Numbered from the stretch's first letter, positions 1-8,813 are shown. The stretch is DNA of 29,151 nucleotides from an uncultured archaeon (GCA_964480435.1 CAYZSS010000009.1:1-29151); one strand, 5' to 3'. Made by a program: numbers and translations. Notes: generated by a model not told the origin, from the sequence alone.

Positions 1-1467
1 AATGGAACTCCTTCAACATCAAAAGCTTATTTTGTTCTTAATAATGGAGAAGCTAATAGGGGGCAGTTCTTAAAGATAAAAACAAAAAAAGGCTATTTTT
101 TGTGTTTTGTTAATGATATTTTTAGAAGCAATCCTTATTTTGAGAACGCAATGCAGGTAAATGAGAATACTTCTGATGCATTTCCTGTGGAAGACTGGCA
201 TAATACTATTGTTGAGTTAAAAGTTCTTGGTTTTTTAAAAAATGAAAAAATTTGTAGAGTTTCATTTCCACCCTATCCTGGGGAGAATGTAACCTTACCC
301 ACAAAAAATGAACTGGAATTATTCCTTGGTTTAGTGGAAAATGGGTTAGAATTAGGGGGTATAGAGAACACGGATGCTATAGTAAAAGTGGATACTTCAA
401 AATTATTGCAAAAACATTTGGCAATTTTGGCAATGTCGGGTGCAGGGAAATCTTACTTGGTTTCTGTGCTTCTGGAAGAAATTCTTGATAATTCAAAACT
501 AGGAATTGTTTTATTTGATGTGCACGGGGAATATAGGCATTTTGCAAAACCAGCATCTAAAGAATACACAGACTATTCATCTAAAACAAAAGTAATTGAT
601 TGTTCTAAGTTTAGGCTTTCTATTGACTCAGTAAATATTATTAGTAAATTAATTCCTGATTTAAGTGATGTACAAAAAAGGGCATTGCTAAAAATAATTT
701 CTGATTTGAAAAGTGAAGTTAAAGATAATGGGCTTTTTACTATTGAAAATATCATTGAAAGAGTTGATGAAGAAGACTCTTTGAAAAGAGCAACAGCAGC
801 AAGAGATTCTCTAATTGCAAAATTGAGACATATAGACTCTATGGGACTTTTTGGAAAGACCAATACATTAGATAATGATTTAGTTGTTCCTGGTAAATTG
901 ACTATTCTTGACCTATCTAATGTTTTGGATATGCAAAGAAAACAGATAATTGTATCATATATTTCAGAATTTTTGTTTAATTCTAGACTTAAAGGAACAG
1001 TTTCACCTTTTCTTATTGTTTTGGAAGAGGCGCACCAATTTATTCCTGAAAAAGCCGCATCGGATTATGCAATCGCTCGGAGTATATTTGAAACAATTGC
1101 AAGAGAGGGGCGAAAGTTTGGGTCAGCTTTGTGTTTAGTTTCACAGAGACCAATAAATTTGTCAACTACTGTTCTAAGTCAATGTAACACACACATATTT
1201 CTTAGAATTATAAATCCAAATGATTTAAAGCATATATCTGAATCTTCTGAAGGTTTAGATTATAAAAATATGGAGTTTATCACCGGCTTAAAAGTTGGAG
1301 AAGCATTAATGGTTGGTTCAGCAGTAAAATATCCATTATTTTTTAAAGTAAGAGAAAAGAAAAGCCAACCACAGGAATATGATCTAACTTTGGAAGATAT
1401 GGCAACTTCTTTTGTTAAAAATAAAGATAAAAAAGATAAAGATTTAGATTTATATCTAGGATTATAA
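1..1467 (+). CDS. herA: HerA-like hexameric ATPase (DUF87 / FtsK-HerA superfamily), 5'-partial
   Basis: Frame 1 is open from nt 1 (NGTPSTSKAYFVLNNGEANRGQFLKIKTKKGYF precedes the track's TTG at 100), so the gene runs off the left edge. It has Walker A AMSGAGKS, Walker B LIVLEEAH and the AREGRKFG..LVSQRP..LSQCNTHIFLRI block typical of HerA. Confidence 0.85.
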   Translation, partial: NGTPSTSKAYFVLNNGEANRGQFLKIKTKKGYFLCFVNDIFRSNPYFENAMQVNENTSDAFPVEDWHNTIVELKVLGFLKNEKICRVSFPPYPGENVTLPTKNELELFLGLVENGLELGGIENTDAIVKVDTSKLLQKHLAILAMSGAGKSYLVSVLLEEILDNSKLGIVLFDVHGEYRHFAKPASKEYTDYSSKTKVIDCSKFRLSIDSVNIISKLIPDLSDVQKRALLKIISDLKSEVKDNGLFTIENIIERVDEEDSLKRATAARDSLIAKLRHIDSMGLFGKTNTLDNDLVVPGKLTILDLSNVLDMQRKQIIVSYISEFLFNSRLKGTVSPFLIVLEEAHQFIPEKAASDYAIARSIFETIAREGRKFGSALCLVSQRPINLSTTVLSQCNTHIFLRIINPNDLKHISESSEGLDYKNMEFITGLKVGEALMVGSAVKYPLFFKVREKKSQPQEYDLTLEDMATSFVKNKDKKDKDLDLYLGL

Positions 1468-1479
1468 TGTGATTTTATT

Positions 1480-1902
1480 ATGGCTAAGAGAATTAATTCT
1501 AAGAAAAAAGGGAATAGATTTGAGTTAGAAGTGTCAAAAGTTCTTACTGAAATAACCAAAGCCAAATGGTTTAGGGTGGGAGTTAGTTCTGGTGCTCGAT
1601 ATACAAAGCAGGGTATTGAATCATTTCAAGGGGATATATTAACTGAGGATAAAGAGTATTTGAATATTATAATTGAATGTAAAGCAACAAAAGATAGAAT
1701 TAGCTTAGAAGATTTAGTAAATAAAAAATCTAAATTTTGGGAATGGATTGCGCAGGTAGAAGGAGAATCAGGAAAGAAAGACTGGGTTTTAATTTTCAAA
1801 GCAAATAATGGGAAGATGTTTTTTGTAAGCAAGGGTGAAAATAAAATAACAAGTAAACTAAAATTATTAACAAAGATAGAAACCTATTTAATCTTTTGCT
1901 AG
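1480..1902 (+). CDS. hjc: Hjc-like PD-(D/E)xK endonuclease (Holliday-junction-resolvase fold)
   Basis: 140 aa, starting 12 nt after the herA stop. The motif order is KGNRFELEV (Glu), GDIL (Asp), then IIECKATK (E-x-K), which matches the archaeal Hjc catalytic arrangement. Confidence 0.55.
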   Translation: MAKRINSKKKGNRFELEVSKVLTEITKAKWFRVGVSSGARYTKQGIESFQGDILTEDKEYLNIIIECKATKDRISLEDLVNKKSKFWEWIAQVEGESGKKDWVLIFKANNGKMFFVSKGENKITSKLKLLTKIETYLIFC

Positions 1903-1928
1903 ACAAAAGATAATAAAAAATAGAACGA

Positions 1929-2456
1929 GTGGTTTATTTGGGCTTTACAGTACAAAAAGTAAAACAAAAAGATCTTGAACAAATAAGTAAAATTATTTTG
2001 GAAAATTTTAAAGGCAAATATTATTCTCATTATCCGCAAGAAATACTAAACACTTATTTATATCCAAATACTCCTGAAAGACTAAAGGCAACAATAAAAT
2101 TGCCTAAGACCCACATGTTTGTTTTAAAAGATGGAAATAAAGTGTGTGGTTGCATTCTGATTAGATTTGATAAAAATAAAGGTAAGTCAGGTGGATATAG
2201 AATAAGAAGATTACATCTTTCTCCAGAATATTGTGGGCAGGGTTTATCTGATTTATTATTAGAAAAAGTCTATTCTTTAGTAAGAAAAAAAGGTTATAAT
2301 ACAATATATTGTGAATCTACTCCAGAGGTGGCTGAACCCTTAAAGAAAAGAGGCTGGAAAGGAAAATATAAAGATAAAGTAGTTGAAGTTAAAGATGACT
2401 TAGGAAACACTCATGTGGTAGCAGTTCCTAGATTTTTAGCATATAAAAGAATATAG
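1929..2456 (+). CDS. GNAT family N-acetyltransferase
   Basis: GTG start. The acetyl-CoA motif A is LHLSPEYCGQGLSDLLLEKV (Q-x-x-G-x-G/S pattern). The 175-aa size is typical. Confidence 0.7.
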   Translation: MVYLGFTVQKVKQKDLEQISKIILENFKGKYYSHYPQEILNTYLYPNTPERLKATIKLPKTHMFVLKDGNKVCGCILIRFDKNKGKSGGYRIRRLHLSPEYCGQGLSDLLLEKVYSLVRKKGYNTIYCESTPEVAEPLKKRGWKGKYKDKVVEVKDDLGNTHVVAVPRFLAYKRI

Positions 2457-2519
2457 TTGTTTATTTAAAGAAATAATAAAGCAAATAATTTATAAAACCA
2501 ATTCTCATAATTATTTTAT

Positions 2520-2984
2520 ATGAATCAATGTGAAGAGAAAATGAAACAATTTCTTAAAACTAATAATATTGCTGCTGAACCCTTGAGTTTTAATCAATCC
2601 TGCCATACTGTTGAAGAAGCTGCAACTGCTTTAGAAACAAGTGTAGATAACCTTGTAAAGAACATTTGTTTAATTGGCTCTGATGGAGAAACTATTATTG
2701 CAATTGTTAATGGTAAAGATAGAGCGAGTACCTCTCAAATAAGTAAATCTTTGAACATTCCTCGCCCCAGACTTGCTACCCCTGAAGAAATTTTGGAAAG
2801 AACCGGATACCCTTGTGGTGGTACTCCTTCTTTTGGATATAAAGCGAGGTTTCTTATTGATCCAAGAATAATGGACAAAGAATATATTTATACAAGTGGG
2901 GGCTCTGAAACATCTTTAATTAAAATATCAACAAAAGAATTACAGAAATTAAATAACGGGGAAATAATAAAAATAAGAAAATAG
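2520..2984 (+). CDS. YbaK/ProX-type aminoacyl-tRNA deacylase domain protein
   Basis: 154 aa with the GYPCGGTPSFG block, which resembles the YbaK/EbsC GG(V/T)SP(F/L)G motif. The start could instead be Met8. Confidence 0.55.
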   Translation: MNQCEEKMKQFLKTNNIAAEPLSFNQSCHTVEEAATALETSVDNLVKNICLIGSDGETIIAIVNGKDRASTSQISKSLNIPRPRLATPEEILERTGYPCGGTPSFGYKARFLIDPRIMDKEYIYTSGGSETSLIKISTKELQKLNNGEIIKIRK

Positions 2985-3001
2985 GCTAATTATTATTATT
3001 A

Positions 3002-3331
3002 TTATTTTTTGAACATGTCACAAAGTTTATTTTGTATTTCTATAATTTTTTCTTTTTTTAATGATCCTACTTTGTAGTTTATTCTTGATTCATTTATACT
3101 AAATAAAACAGATAACTTTGCAAAACTAATATTTTTTAAATCTCCACTTTTAAAATCATTTTGATTAAGTGAAACTGAATTTGGATCTGGGGTTATTTTG
3201 CTTGTTATTTGGCAAAGAATAATGTTTTTGTATGTATTTGCTAAAACTAGTGCAGGTCTTTTTTTTGAATCAGATGAATCTAGAAACGGGAAATTAAAAA
3301 CAACAATATCCCCTTTTATAACTCTTTCCAT
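3002..3331 (-). CDS. mazF: MazF/PemK-family endoribonuclease toxin
   Basis: The N-terminus is GDIVVFNFPF..SKKRPALVLAN, followed by ILCQITSK. This is the classic PemK/MazF signature. The ATG at 3329-3331 overlaps the upstream gene by 16 nt. Confidence 0.8.
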   Translation of the reverse strand: MERVIKGDIVVFNFPFLDSSDSKKRPALVLANTYKNIILCQITSKITPDPNSVSLNQNDFKSGDLKNISFAKLSVLFSINESRINYKVGSLKKEKIIEIQNKLCDMFKK

Positions 3332-3984
3332 GCTTTTTCATCCTCTTTTGATAGCCAGTTTTCTGCTAGTACTTCTTCACTTGCTAACATACATTCTAAA
3401 GAATTAGTTATTTTTGTTTTATTTAAGGGTCTTAATTCTAATTTGTAAATGCCCCATGTGTGTTTATCTGAATTAGTTATTTTTTCTTGCATAATAAACC
3501 CTTGTTTTTCACAAAATCTTTCTGAAGCAGTATTTAATGCTGGTTTATGAAGAATGCCTACATATAGGGAATTTATGTTTTCTGTTTTCATGTCTTTAAA
3601 AAGGTTTTTCATAAATAATTTGCCAATTCCTAATTGGGCTTTGTTTGGTATTATTGCAATTTGGTCACCAAAAACATATGGCTCTTTTTTACTTGCAATT
3701 GTTTTTACAAGTTGATCTTCGTGATTTAATTTTCCATTTTTTAATAACTTTTGTAAATTTTTATTATCATAACACATTAGAAAACCAATTATTTGGTTGT
3801 TTTCTTCAGCAACATAAAAAAAGTCAGATAATTTTATTCTTAGCCTATATTCTTGTGGTGTTAAAACATAAACTAAAAATCCTGTTTTTTGTGGATTATT
3901 ATAATTAATTTTTATTTGGTTTGCGATTTCGCAAATTTGGTTTAAATCTTTAGGTTTGGCTTGTCTTATTATTATGTTGATCAC
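3316..3984 (-). CDS. GNAT acetyltransferase fused to a MazE-like C-terminal toxin-binding tail
   Basis: GTG start. The GNAT core has motif A in IIPNKAQLGIGKLFMKNL. The last 24 aa, MLASEEVLAENWLSKEDEKAWKEL (nt 3319-3390), resemble the Trp/acidic C-terminus of E. coli MazE (..ENIDWGEPKDKEVW). The stop overlaps the mazF start. Confidence 0.65.
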   Translation of the reverse strand: MINIIIRQAKPKDLNQICEIANQIKINYNNPQKTGFLVYVLTPQEYRLRIKLSDFFYVAEENNQIIGFLMCYDNKNLQKLLKNGKLNHEDQLVKTIASKKEPYVFGDQIAIIPNKAQLGIGKLFMKNLFKDMKTENINSLYVGILHKPALNTASERFCEKQGFIMQEKITNSDKHTWGIYKLELRPLNKTKITNSLECMLASEEVLAENWLSKEDEKAWKEL

Positions 3985-4000
3985 TCAAAATATTTTAATT

Positions 4001-4567
4001 TTACTCTTTTTCTTTATTGATTAGTTTCATTTGCATTTTGTATAACTCTTCAGTCATTAAAACATCACCTAAAGAAGAATGTGCGTTTGTTGGCTGTTTA
4101 TTACAAAGTTTTGTGTAACAACTCCCTAAACTTATACTTTCTATTTCTAATACTCCTGCATCTTTTAGGAATAAAGCATTATACATTGTATCTTTTCTGT
4201 GAAAATGTATTTCGTCACTAAAACGGATATTTGCTTTTCTCTTAAATAAACAATCTAGAAATCTAACATCAAATTCGACATTATGCCCTAAAACGTATGG
4301 TCTTTTTTTGAAATTTTCTCTAATAAAAGAAAGAATTTGTTTTATTGCAATTGTCTCATCAACACCATACTGTGCCAAATAATCCATTGAAATGCCTGTA
4401 AGTCTCATTGCTTGTGGTTCGTAAATTAATTCTCTCTGAGGAGTTATAAAAATTGTTCTGTGCTCATCTTTTCCAAAAACTTTTAGGGTAATGGAGCAGA
4501 TAGCATTTGATTCTGGTTTTAATCCACCTGTTTCTATATCTAAAACTAAAGTATTCACAAAAGCCAC
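4001..4567 (-). CDS. DEDDh 3'-5' exonuclease (DnaQ / RNase T-like)
   Basis: Exo I is LVLDIETGG, Exo II is LGHNVEFDVRFL and Exo III is HSSLGDVLMTEELY (H-x4-D). The start may instead be the GTG at 4556-4558, which follows an AGGTGG Shine-Dalgarno-like sequence. Confidence 0.8.
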   Translation of the reverse strand: MAFVNTLVLDIETGGLKPESNAICSITLKVFGKDEHRTIFITPQRELIYEPQAMRLTGISMDYLAQYGVDETIAIKQILSFIRENFKKRPYVLGHNVEFDVRFLDCLFKRKANIRFSDEIHFHRKDTMYNALFLKDAGVLEIESISLGSCYTKLCNKQPTNAHSSLGDVLMTEELYKMQMKLINKEKE

Positions 4568-4582
4568 CTTTGTTTTGTGAAT

Positions 4583-4633
4583 CTGTTTGATATTTTGTGT
4601 AACATAAATTCAAATTTATTCATATCATATCAC
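4583..4633 (-). promoter_or_regulatory. Conserved upstream element, copy A (TTCACAAAA-type boxes), upstream of the DEDDh exonuclease gene
   Basis: About 51 nt align with 19724-19784 with few mismatches. On the minus strand it reads ..TTTGAATTTATGTTACACAAAATATCAAACAGATTCACAAAAC... Confidence 0.5.
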
Positions 4634-5286
4634 TTCTTTAATTGTGCTGTTTTAAATGGGCGTTTTCCAACTAAGGTTTTATCTTTTGAATTGGATGTTA
4701 ACCAAATACCCATTCCGTATTGTATAAATCCACCAAAGATTACTAATCTCTCTGGACTTTCCAAAACACATTTTTTTGTTGGAATCCACAAATTGATTTC
4801 TGTGTTATATTTTTTGTTTTTATGTTTTCCTAAAAGTTTTTCAAAAAATTTAGGATACTCTTTTATTGTTGCAATTGTTCCATATTTTGGAATCTCTTGT
4901 TTTTCTAAAGGGATAGTGATTTCTGCTTCTATTATCCCATTTTTTCTGACTAATTTGCCATTTTTTATTTTTGGGTAATGTAATATATATCCCTTGCTTT
5001 TTGTAGGGAAAACAATAATTGTAGATGTTCTGTGCCAGTAGTTATCTAAATCTAATAATGTTTTTTTGTCTATAGTGGTTTTCATTATAGAAAAAAATAA
5101 TCCTGCGGATGGAACAAAACTGTTTTGTTTTTGGCAATATTCTAAAGTTTCTTCTAATGATAGAGATAAAGCTGATCCCCACGAGGAATCTGAATTTTTT
5201 CCTCTTTCCATTTCTTCACTTAAGTTAAGACAGGAGTAATTTTTTTTTATATTTGGATAAAATTCAGATATTTTTTTTAATTCCAT
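4630..5286 (-). CDS. Hypothetical protein (218 aa), no recognisable motif
   Basis: This is a long ORF in an operon-like string. Its ATG lies 4 nt after the stop of the upstream bPH gene. I recognise no catalytic signature. Confidence 0.55.
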   Translation of the reverse strand: MELKKISEFYPNIKKNYSCLNLSEEMERGKNSDSSWGSALSLSLEETLEYCQKQNSFVPSAGLFFSIMKTTIDKKTLLDLDNYWHRTSTIIVFPTKSKGYILHYPKIKNGKLVRKNGIIEAEITIPLEKQEIPKYGTIATIKEYPKFFEKLLGKHKNKKYNTEINLWIPTKKCVLESPERLVIFGGFIQYGMGIWLTSNSKDKTLVGKRPFKTAQLKK

Positions 5287-5290
5287 GAAG

Positions 5291-5797
5291 TCACTTCATT
5301 TCTTTGAAAATAATCTCTTGTACTTCTTCTGGGTTTTTTAATGCAATAAGGTACCCTTCTGCGCCTTTAACATTTTTTCTGGACATCTGGCCTGCTAAGG
5401 TTTGAATGTATATTGAGCCAACTTTAAAAATACTTTCCAAAAAAGATCTTGATACTGCTAAATCAGAAATTTTACTGTATGGTATTGAAGTGATTGAATA
5501 ACCAAGAACTCCTTTTTTTATTGCAATTCTTTTATTTGTAATCCAGTAATACTCTTTTGAATACATTAAGTATATTATTAAAAAAATAATTAATAAAATC
5601 AATACCGCTGTGGCAATGAAAAGAGCAACTAAATAATTATATGCTATTGTTGAATCTTTTGCAGAAATATTAAAAGCGATAAATAATGTAATTAATAAAA
5701 GCCCAAATATTGCGGGTACTAATTGTATGCCTATCATTGCTTTTTTTGGTTTTATTTCTTTTATTATTTTTTCATCTTTTTGTAAAATAAATTCCAT
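5291..5797 (-). CDS. Membrane protein with a bacterial-type PH domain (bPH_2 / YdbS-YdbT-like)
   Basis: Two TM helices are followed by YWITNKRIAIKKGVLG..IPYSKISDLAVSRSFLESIFKVGSIYIQT. I chose the internal ATG at 5795-5797 (MEFILQKDEK) because the track's longer start overlaps cls. Confidence 0.65.
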   Translation of the reverse strand: MEFILQKDEKIIKEIKPKKAMIGIQLVPAIFGLLLITLFIAFNISAKDSTIAYNYLVALFIATAVLILLIIFLIIYLMYSKEYYWITNKRIAIKKGVLGYSITSIPYSKISDLAVSRSFLESIFKVGSIYIQTLAGQMSRKNVKGAEGYLIALKNPEEVQEIIFKEMK

Positions 5798-5817
5798 AAC
5801 ATCACATCCAGTATTTT

Positions 5818-7248
5818 TTATAAAAAAGGATAAAACAATCTGCATAAAGATTCTTTTACTTTCATCCATAGTGGTCTTTTTTTGAATTCCTTTAAAATAA
5901 TCTCTTTACTGTTTTTAAAGTCTTTGTTAAATAAATCTAACAATTCGTTTTCTTTTTTCTTGTTACCAAAAATAAAAGCGTTTAATTCAAAATCTTGGAA
6001 AAATCCTCTTGGTTCTATATTGCAACTTCCAATGGAAATAATATCTTTTGTTAATATTACTTTTCCATGTGCAAATCCATTGTAATAGTAAAGTTTAATT
6101 CCTGCTCTAAGGAGTCTGGTAAAATTAGTTCTTGCTGCTGACCAAACAAAAGGAGTATCCCCTGTTTTTGGAAGAATAACTCTCACATCAATTCCTTTCA
6201 TTGCAGCTGTTGTTAGTGCTGTAATAATTGCTTTATCTGGAGTAAAATATGGCACCATGATATACAAATAATCCTTTGCAGCAGTAATAATATTGAAATA
6301 TGCAAAATAAATATTTGGGGTATTATAATCTGGTCCTGATGCAACAATATTTACTAGTTCATCTCCGCCGTGACTTATCTTTGGAAAATAATCTTTTCCT
6401 GATATTAATTGTTTTGTAAGGAAAAACCACATTGAAAGAAAAGCAGTTTGCATTGTGTATATTGCGCTACCTTCAATTTTAATATGGACGTCGTGCCATT
6501 CTCCTAAGTTTGCATTTCCGTGGATATATTCATCACCAATGTTTAACCCGCCTGTGAACCCCACCTTGCCATCAATAATAATGATTTTTCTATGTGTTCT
6601 ATAATTTATTTTGCTTTTTAATATTGAAATATGCCACGGAAATAGAGCTTTAATTTCAATCCCCGCATTTTTCAAATCTTTTTTGTCTTTTCCTGCTATT
6701 TGGGTTATTATTCCATCATAGATTACTTTTACTTCTACTCCTTCTTTTGCTTTTTCAATTAATATTTCTTTTATTTCTTTTCCTATTTCTGATTCAAATT
6801 TTAAAATGTGCATTTCTATGTGGATGTGGTGTTTAGCTTTTTTTAGTTCTTTAATTATCTCAGAAAATCCATTTTTTCCATCAATTAATATTTTTGTTTT
6901 GTTGTTTGTGGAATAAGGAAACCCTCCTTTTAATGCTGTATTTAGTACTCCTGCTATTCTATCATTTTTTTTATAATATGGGGATTTTAATACTTCTGCC
7001 AGTTTTTTTAGTAATGTTTCTCTTTTTCTTCTGTAATTTTTTTTGAACATTTTTAGCCTAAACTTTGCAATATTAAAACGTTTTCCTACATAGAAATAGA
7101 TAATTAATCCAAGTAAAGGTAAGAAAATAATGATTAAAAGCCAAAGTATGGTTGATGCTGGGTCCCGGTTTTCTAAAAGAATAACAAGAATAATGATTGG
7201 AGTGTAAATAATAAAATATAATAAAACGAAGAGGCTATAAAAATCCAT
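5818..7248 (-). CDS. cls: Cardiolipin synthase (PLD superfamily, two HKD motifs)
   Basis: There are N-terminal TM helices. The first HKD motif is HRKIIIIDGKVGFTGGLNIGDEY and the second is HGKVILTKDIISIGSCNIEPRGF. Confidence 0.85.
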   Translation of the reverse strand: MDFYSLFVLLYFIIYTPIIILVILLENRDPASTILWLLIIIFLPLLGLIIYFYVGKRFNIAKFRLKMFKKNYRRKRETLLKKLAEVLKSPYYKKNDRIAGVLNTALKGGFPYSTNNKTKILIDGKNGFSEIIKELKKAKHHIHIEMHILKFESEIGKEIKEILIEKAKEGVEVKVIYDGIITQIAGKDKKDLKNAGIEIKALFPWHISILKSKINYRTHRKIIIIDGKVGFTGGLNIGDEYIHGNANLGEWHDVHIKIEGSAIYTMQTAFLSMWFFLTKQLISGKDYFPKISHGGDELVNIVASGPDYNTPNIYFAYFNIITAAKDYLYIMVPYFTPDKAIITALTTAAMKGIDVRVILPKTGDTPFVWSAARTNFTRLLRAGIKLYYYNGFAHGKVILTKDIISIGSCNIEPRGFFQDFELNAFIFGNKKKENELLDLFNKDFKNSKEIILKEFKKRPLWMKVKESLCRLFYPFL

Positions 7249-7301
7249 AATTATATAATCTTTATTAAAGTATATATTTATTATCGTATAATGTGATTAA
7301 T

Positions 7302-8768
7302 ATGGACCCAAAAGCAGTAAAATTTCTTTTTAATATTAACAAAAATGAAATATCTTTGTCTAATCTTGCCTTGACAACTGATCTGAAATATGATCAGGCA
7401 ATGCGAATTATGTTCGAATTGGAAAAAGAAGAGTATATCACGGTTAGAAAAGAAACAAACAATAAATATCGGTTAGGGGAATTTGGTAAAGTCTATTGTA
7501 AAGAGCAATTTCCTGAAGAACTTATTTTTAATACAATAAAAAAAGAGATAACTTTAGTAGAATTTAATAAAATTCTTGGACCTAAAAGTGGGTTTGTGCT
7601 TGGTTATGGGCGTAAAAATGGGTATATTACCTTAGTGTTAGGTGGAGAACAGAGATTGAAAATATCAAAAAAGATTGATCCTGAAAAATTTAAGAAATAT
7701 AGGTTGCTGCTTAGAAAATTGCGAGAGGGGGATAATTTACAAGCAGAAGAAATTGAACTTTTAAAAACTTATCCAAAACTTGTTGATTTGGGTACTAAAA
7801 CAGAATACTACATAACAAAGAAAAAAGATGTAAAAGTAGGGGATATTTCTAAAGAAGACCCTAAAGAATTAGGTAAGGAGATTGCTGTTCTTAAAAAAGA
7901 AAATTTAAAGCAGGACGATGTAAAATTCAAAAAGTATGATGTAGTTGCTAATGTTGCTCCATATAATGGTGGGAAAAAACAAGGATATCTGAACTTTTTA
8001 GATTTAATGAAACAAAAAATGGTTGATCTTGGATTTCAGGAAATGGAAACTCCATTAATAACTCCCGAATTCTATAACTTTGATGTATTGTACCAACCCC
8101 AGAATCATCCTGCAAGAACCTGGACTGATACTTATAACTTAGATACAAAACATAGAGCAAAACTTGATGATGGGATAGTAAAAAAAGTAAAAGAAGCCCA
8201 TGAAACGGGTGGAGTATCAAAATCAAAAGGTTGGGGTGGAACTTGGGATTTAGATATTGCAAAAAAATTAATGCCTGCTGCACACGGTACTGCGGGAAGT
8301 GCAAGAAAAATGACTGAGGGCGTTAAAGAGGGAAAATACTTCGCTCTTGCAAGGTGCTATAGGCCTGATGTTGTTGATGCTACTCATTTATGTGAATTTA
8401 ACCAACTAGAGGGCTTTGTAATTGGAGATAATATCTCTTTTAGAAACTTATTGGGGCTATTAGATACTTTTGCAAAAGAAGTTGCAGGTGCAAAAGAAAC
8501 AATGTTTTTGCCAGATTATTACCCTTTTACTGAACCTTCTGTACAACTATCTGCAAAACACCCTAAATTAGGATGGGTTGAGTTTGGTGGTGCAGGAATA
8601 TTTAGACCAGAGATTACAGAAACCCTTGGAATAAAAGGTAGAGTAATCGCTTGGGGTTTAGGAATAGACAGGCTTGCAATGTTTAATTTGGGAATAAAAG
8701 ATATAAGGGAATTGTTTTCAAATAATCTTGATTTAATTAGGAAACAAAAAACTATAACTAAAATTTGA
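7302..8768 (+). CDS. pheS: Phenylalanine--tRNA ligase alpha subunit, archaeal type
   Basis: There is a long N-terminal wHTH-like region. Class II motif 2 is CYRPDVVDATHLCEFNQLEGF and motif 3 is GAGIFRPEI..GLGIDRLAM. I prefer the ATG at 7302 over the track's GTG at 7293. Confidence 0.9.
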   Translation: MDPKAVKFLFNINKNEISLSNLALTTDLKYDQAMRIMFELEKEEYITVRKETNNKYRLGEFGKVYCKEQFPEELIFNTIKKEITLVEFNKILGPKSGFVLGYGRKNGYITLVLGGEQRLKISKKIDPEKFKKYRLLLRKLREGDNLQAEEIELLKTYPKLVDLGTKTEYYITKKKDVKVGDISKEDPKELGKEIAVLKKENLKQDDVKFKKYDVVANVAPYNGGKKQGYLNFLDLMKQKMVDLGFQEMETPLITPEFYNFDVLYQPQNHPARTWTDTYNLDTKHRAKLDDGIVKKVKEAHETGGVSKSKGWGGTWDLDIAKKLMPAAHGTAGSARKMTEGVKEGKYFALARCYRPDVVDATHLCEFNQLEGFVIGDNISFRNLLGLLDTFAKEVAGAKETMFLPDYYPFTEPSVQLSAKHPKLGWVEFGGAGIFRPEITETLGIKGRVIAWGLGIDRLAMFNLGIKDIRELFSNNLDLIRKQKTITKI

Positions 8769-8813
8769 TATTTGGAGTAAATTATTTATACTAATTATTC
8801 TGTTTATTTTTAT

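Noticed and set aside
573-1565. Antisense or alternative-frame ORFs inside herA (573-863 minus, 950-1138 plus, 1260-1565 minus). Similar shadow ORFs occur inside other genes, e.g. 1626-1832, 3198-3407, 3645-3908, 4577-4978, 5882-6085, 7948-8304, 9086-9280, 9505-9750, 12688-13251, 18347-19731 plus-strand, 20595-21118, 22111-22302, 23458-23661, 24151-25590 plus-strand and 26240-27188 minus.
   Set aside because: Each is fully nested in or opposite a longer ORF with clear family motifs. Their translations are low-complexity (F/L/I/K-rich), as expected from AT-rich antisense reading, and none has a ribosome-binding context.
2989-3006. (ATT)6 microsatellite between the convergent YbaK-family deacylase gene and mazF, overlapping the mazF stop codon.
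   Set aside because: It is short and sits in an AT-rich convergent terminator region. Slippage would not obviously change either coding frame in a regulated way, so there is no evidence of function.
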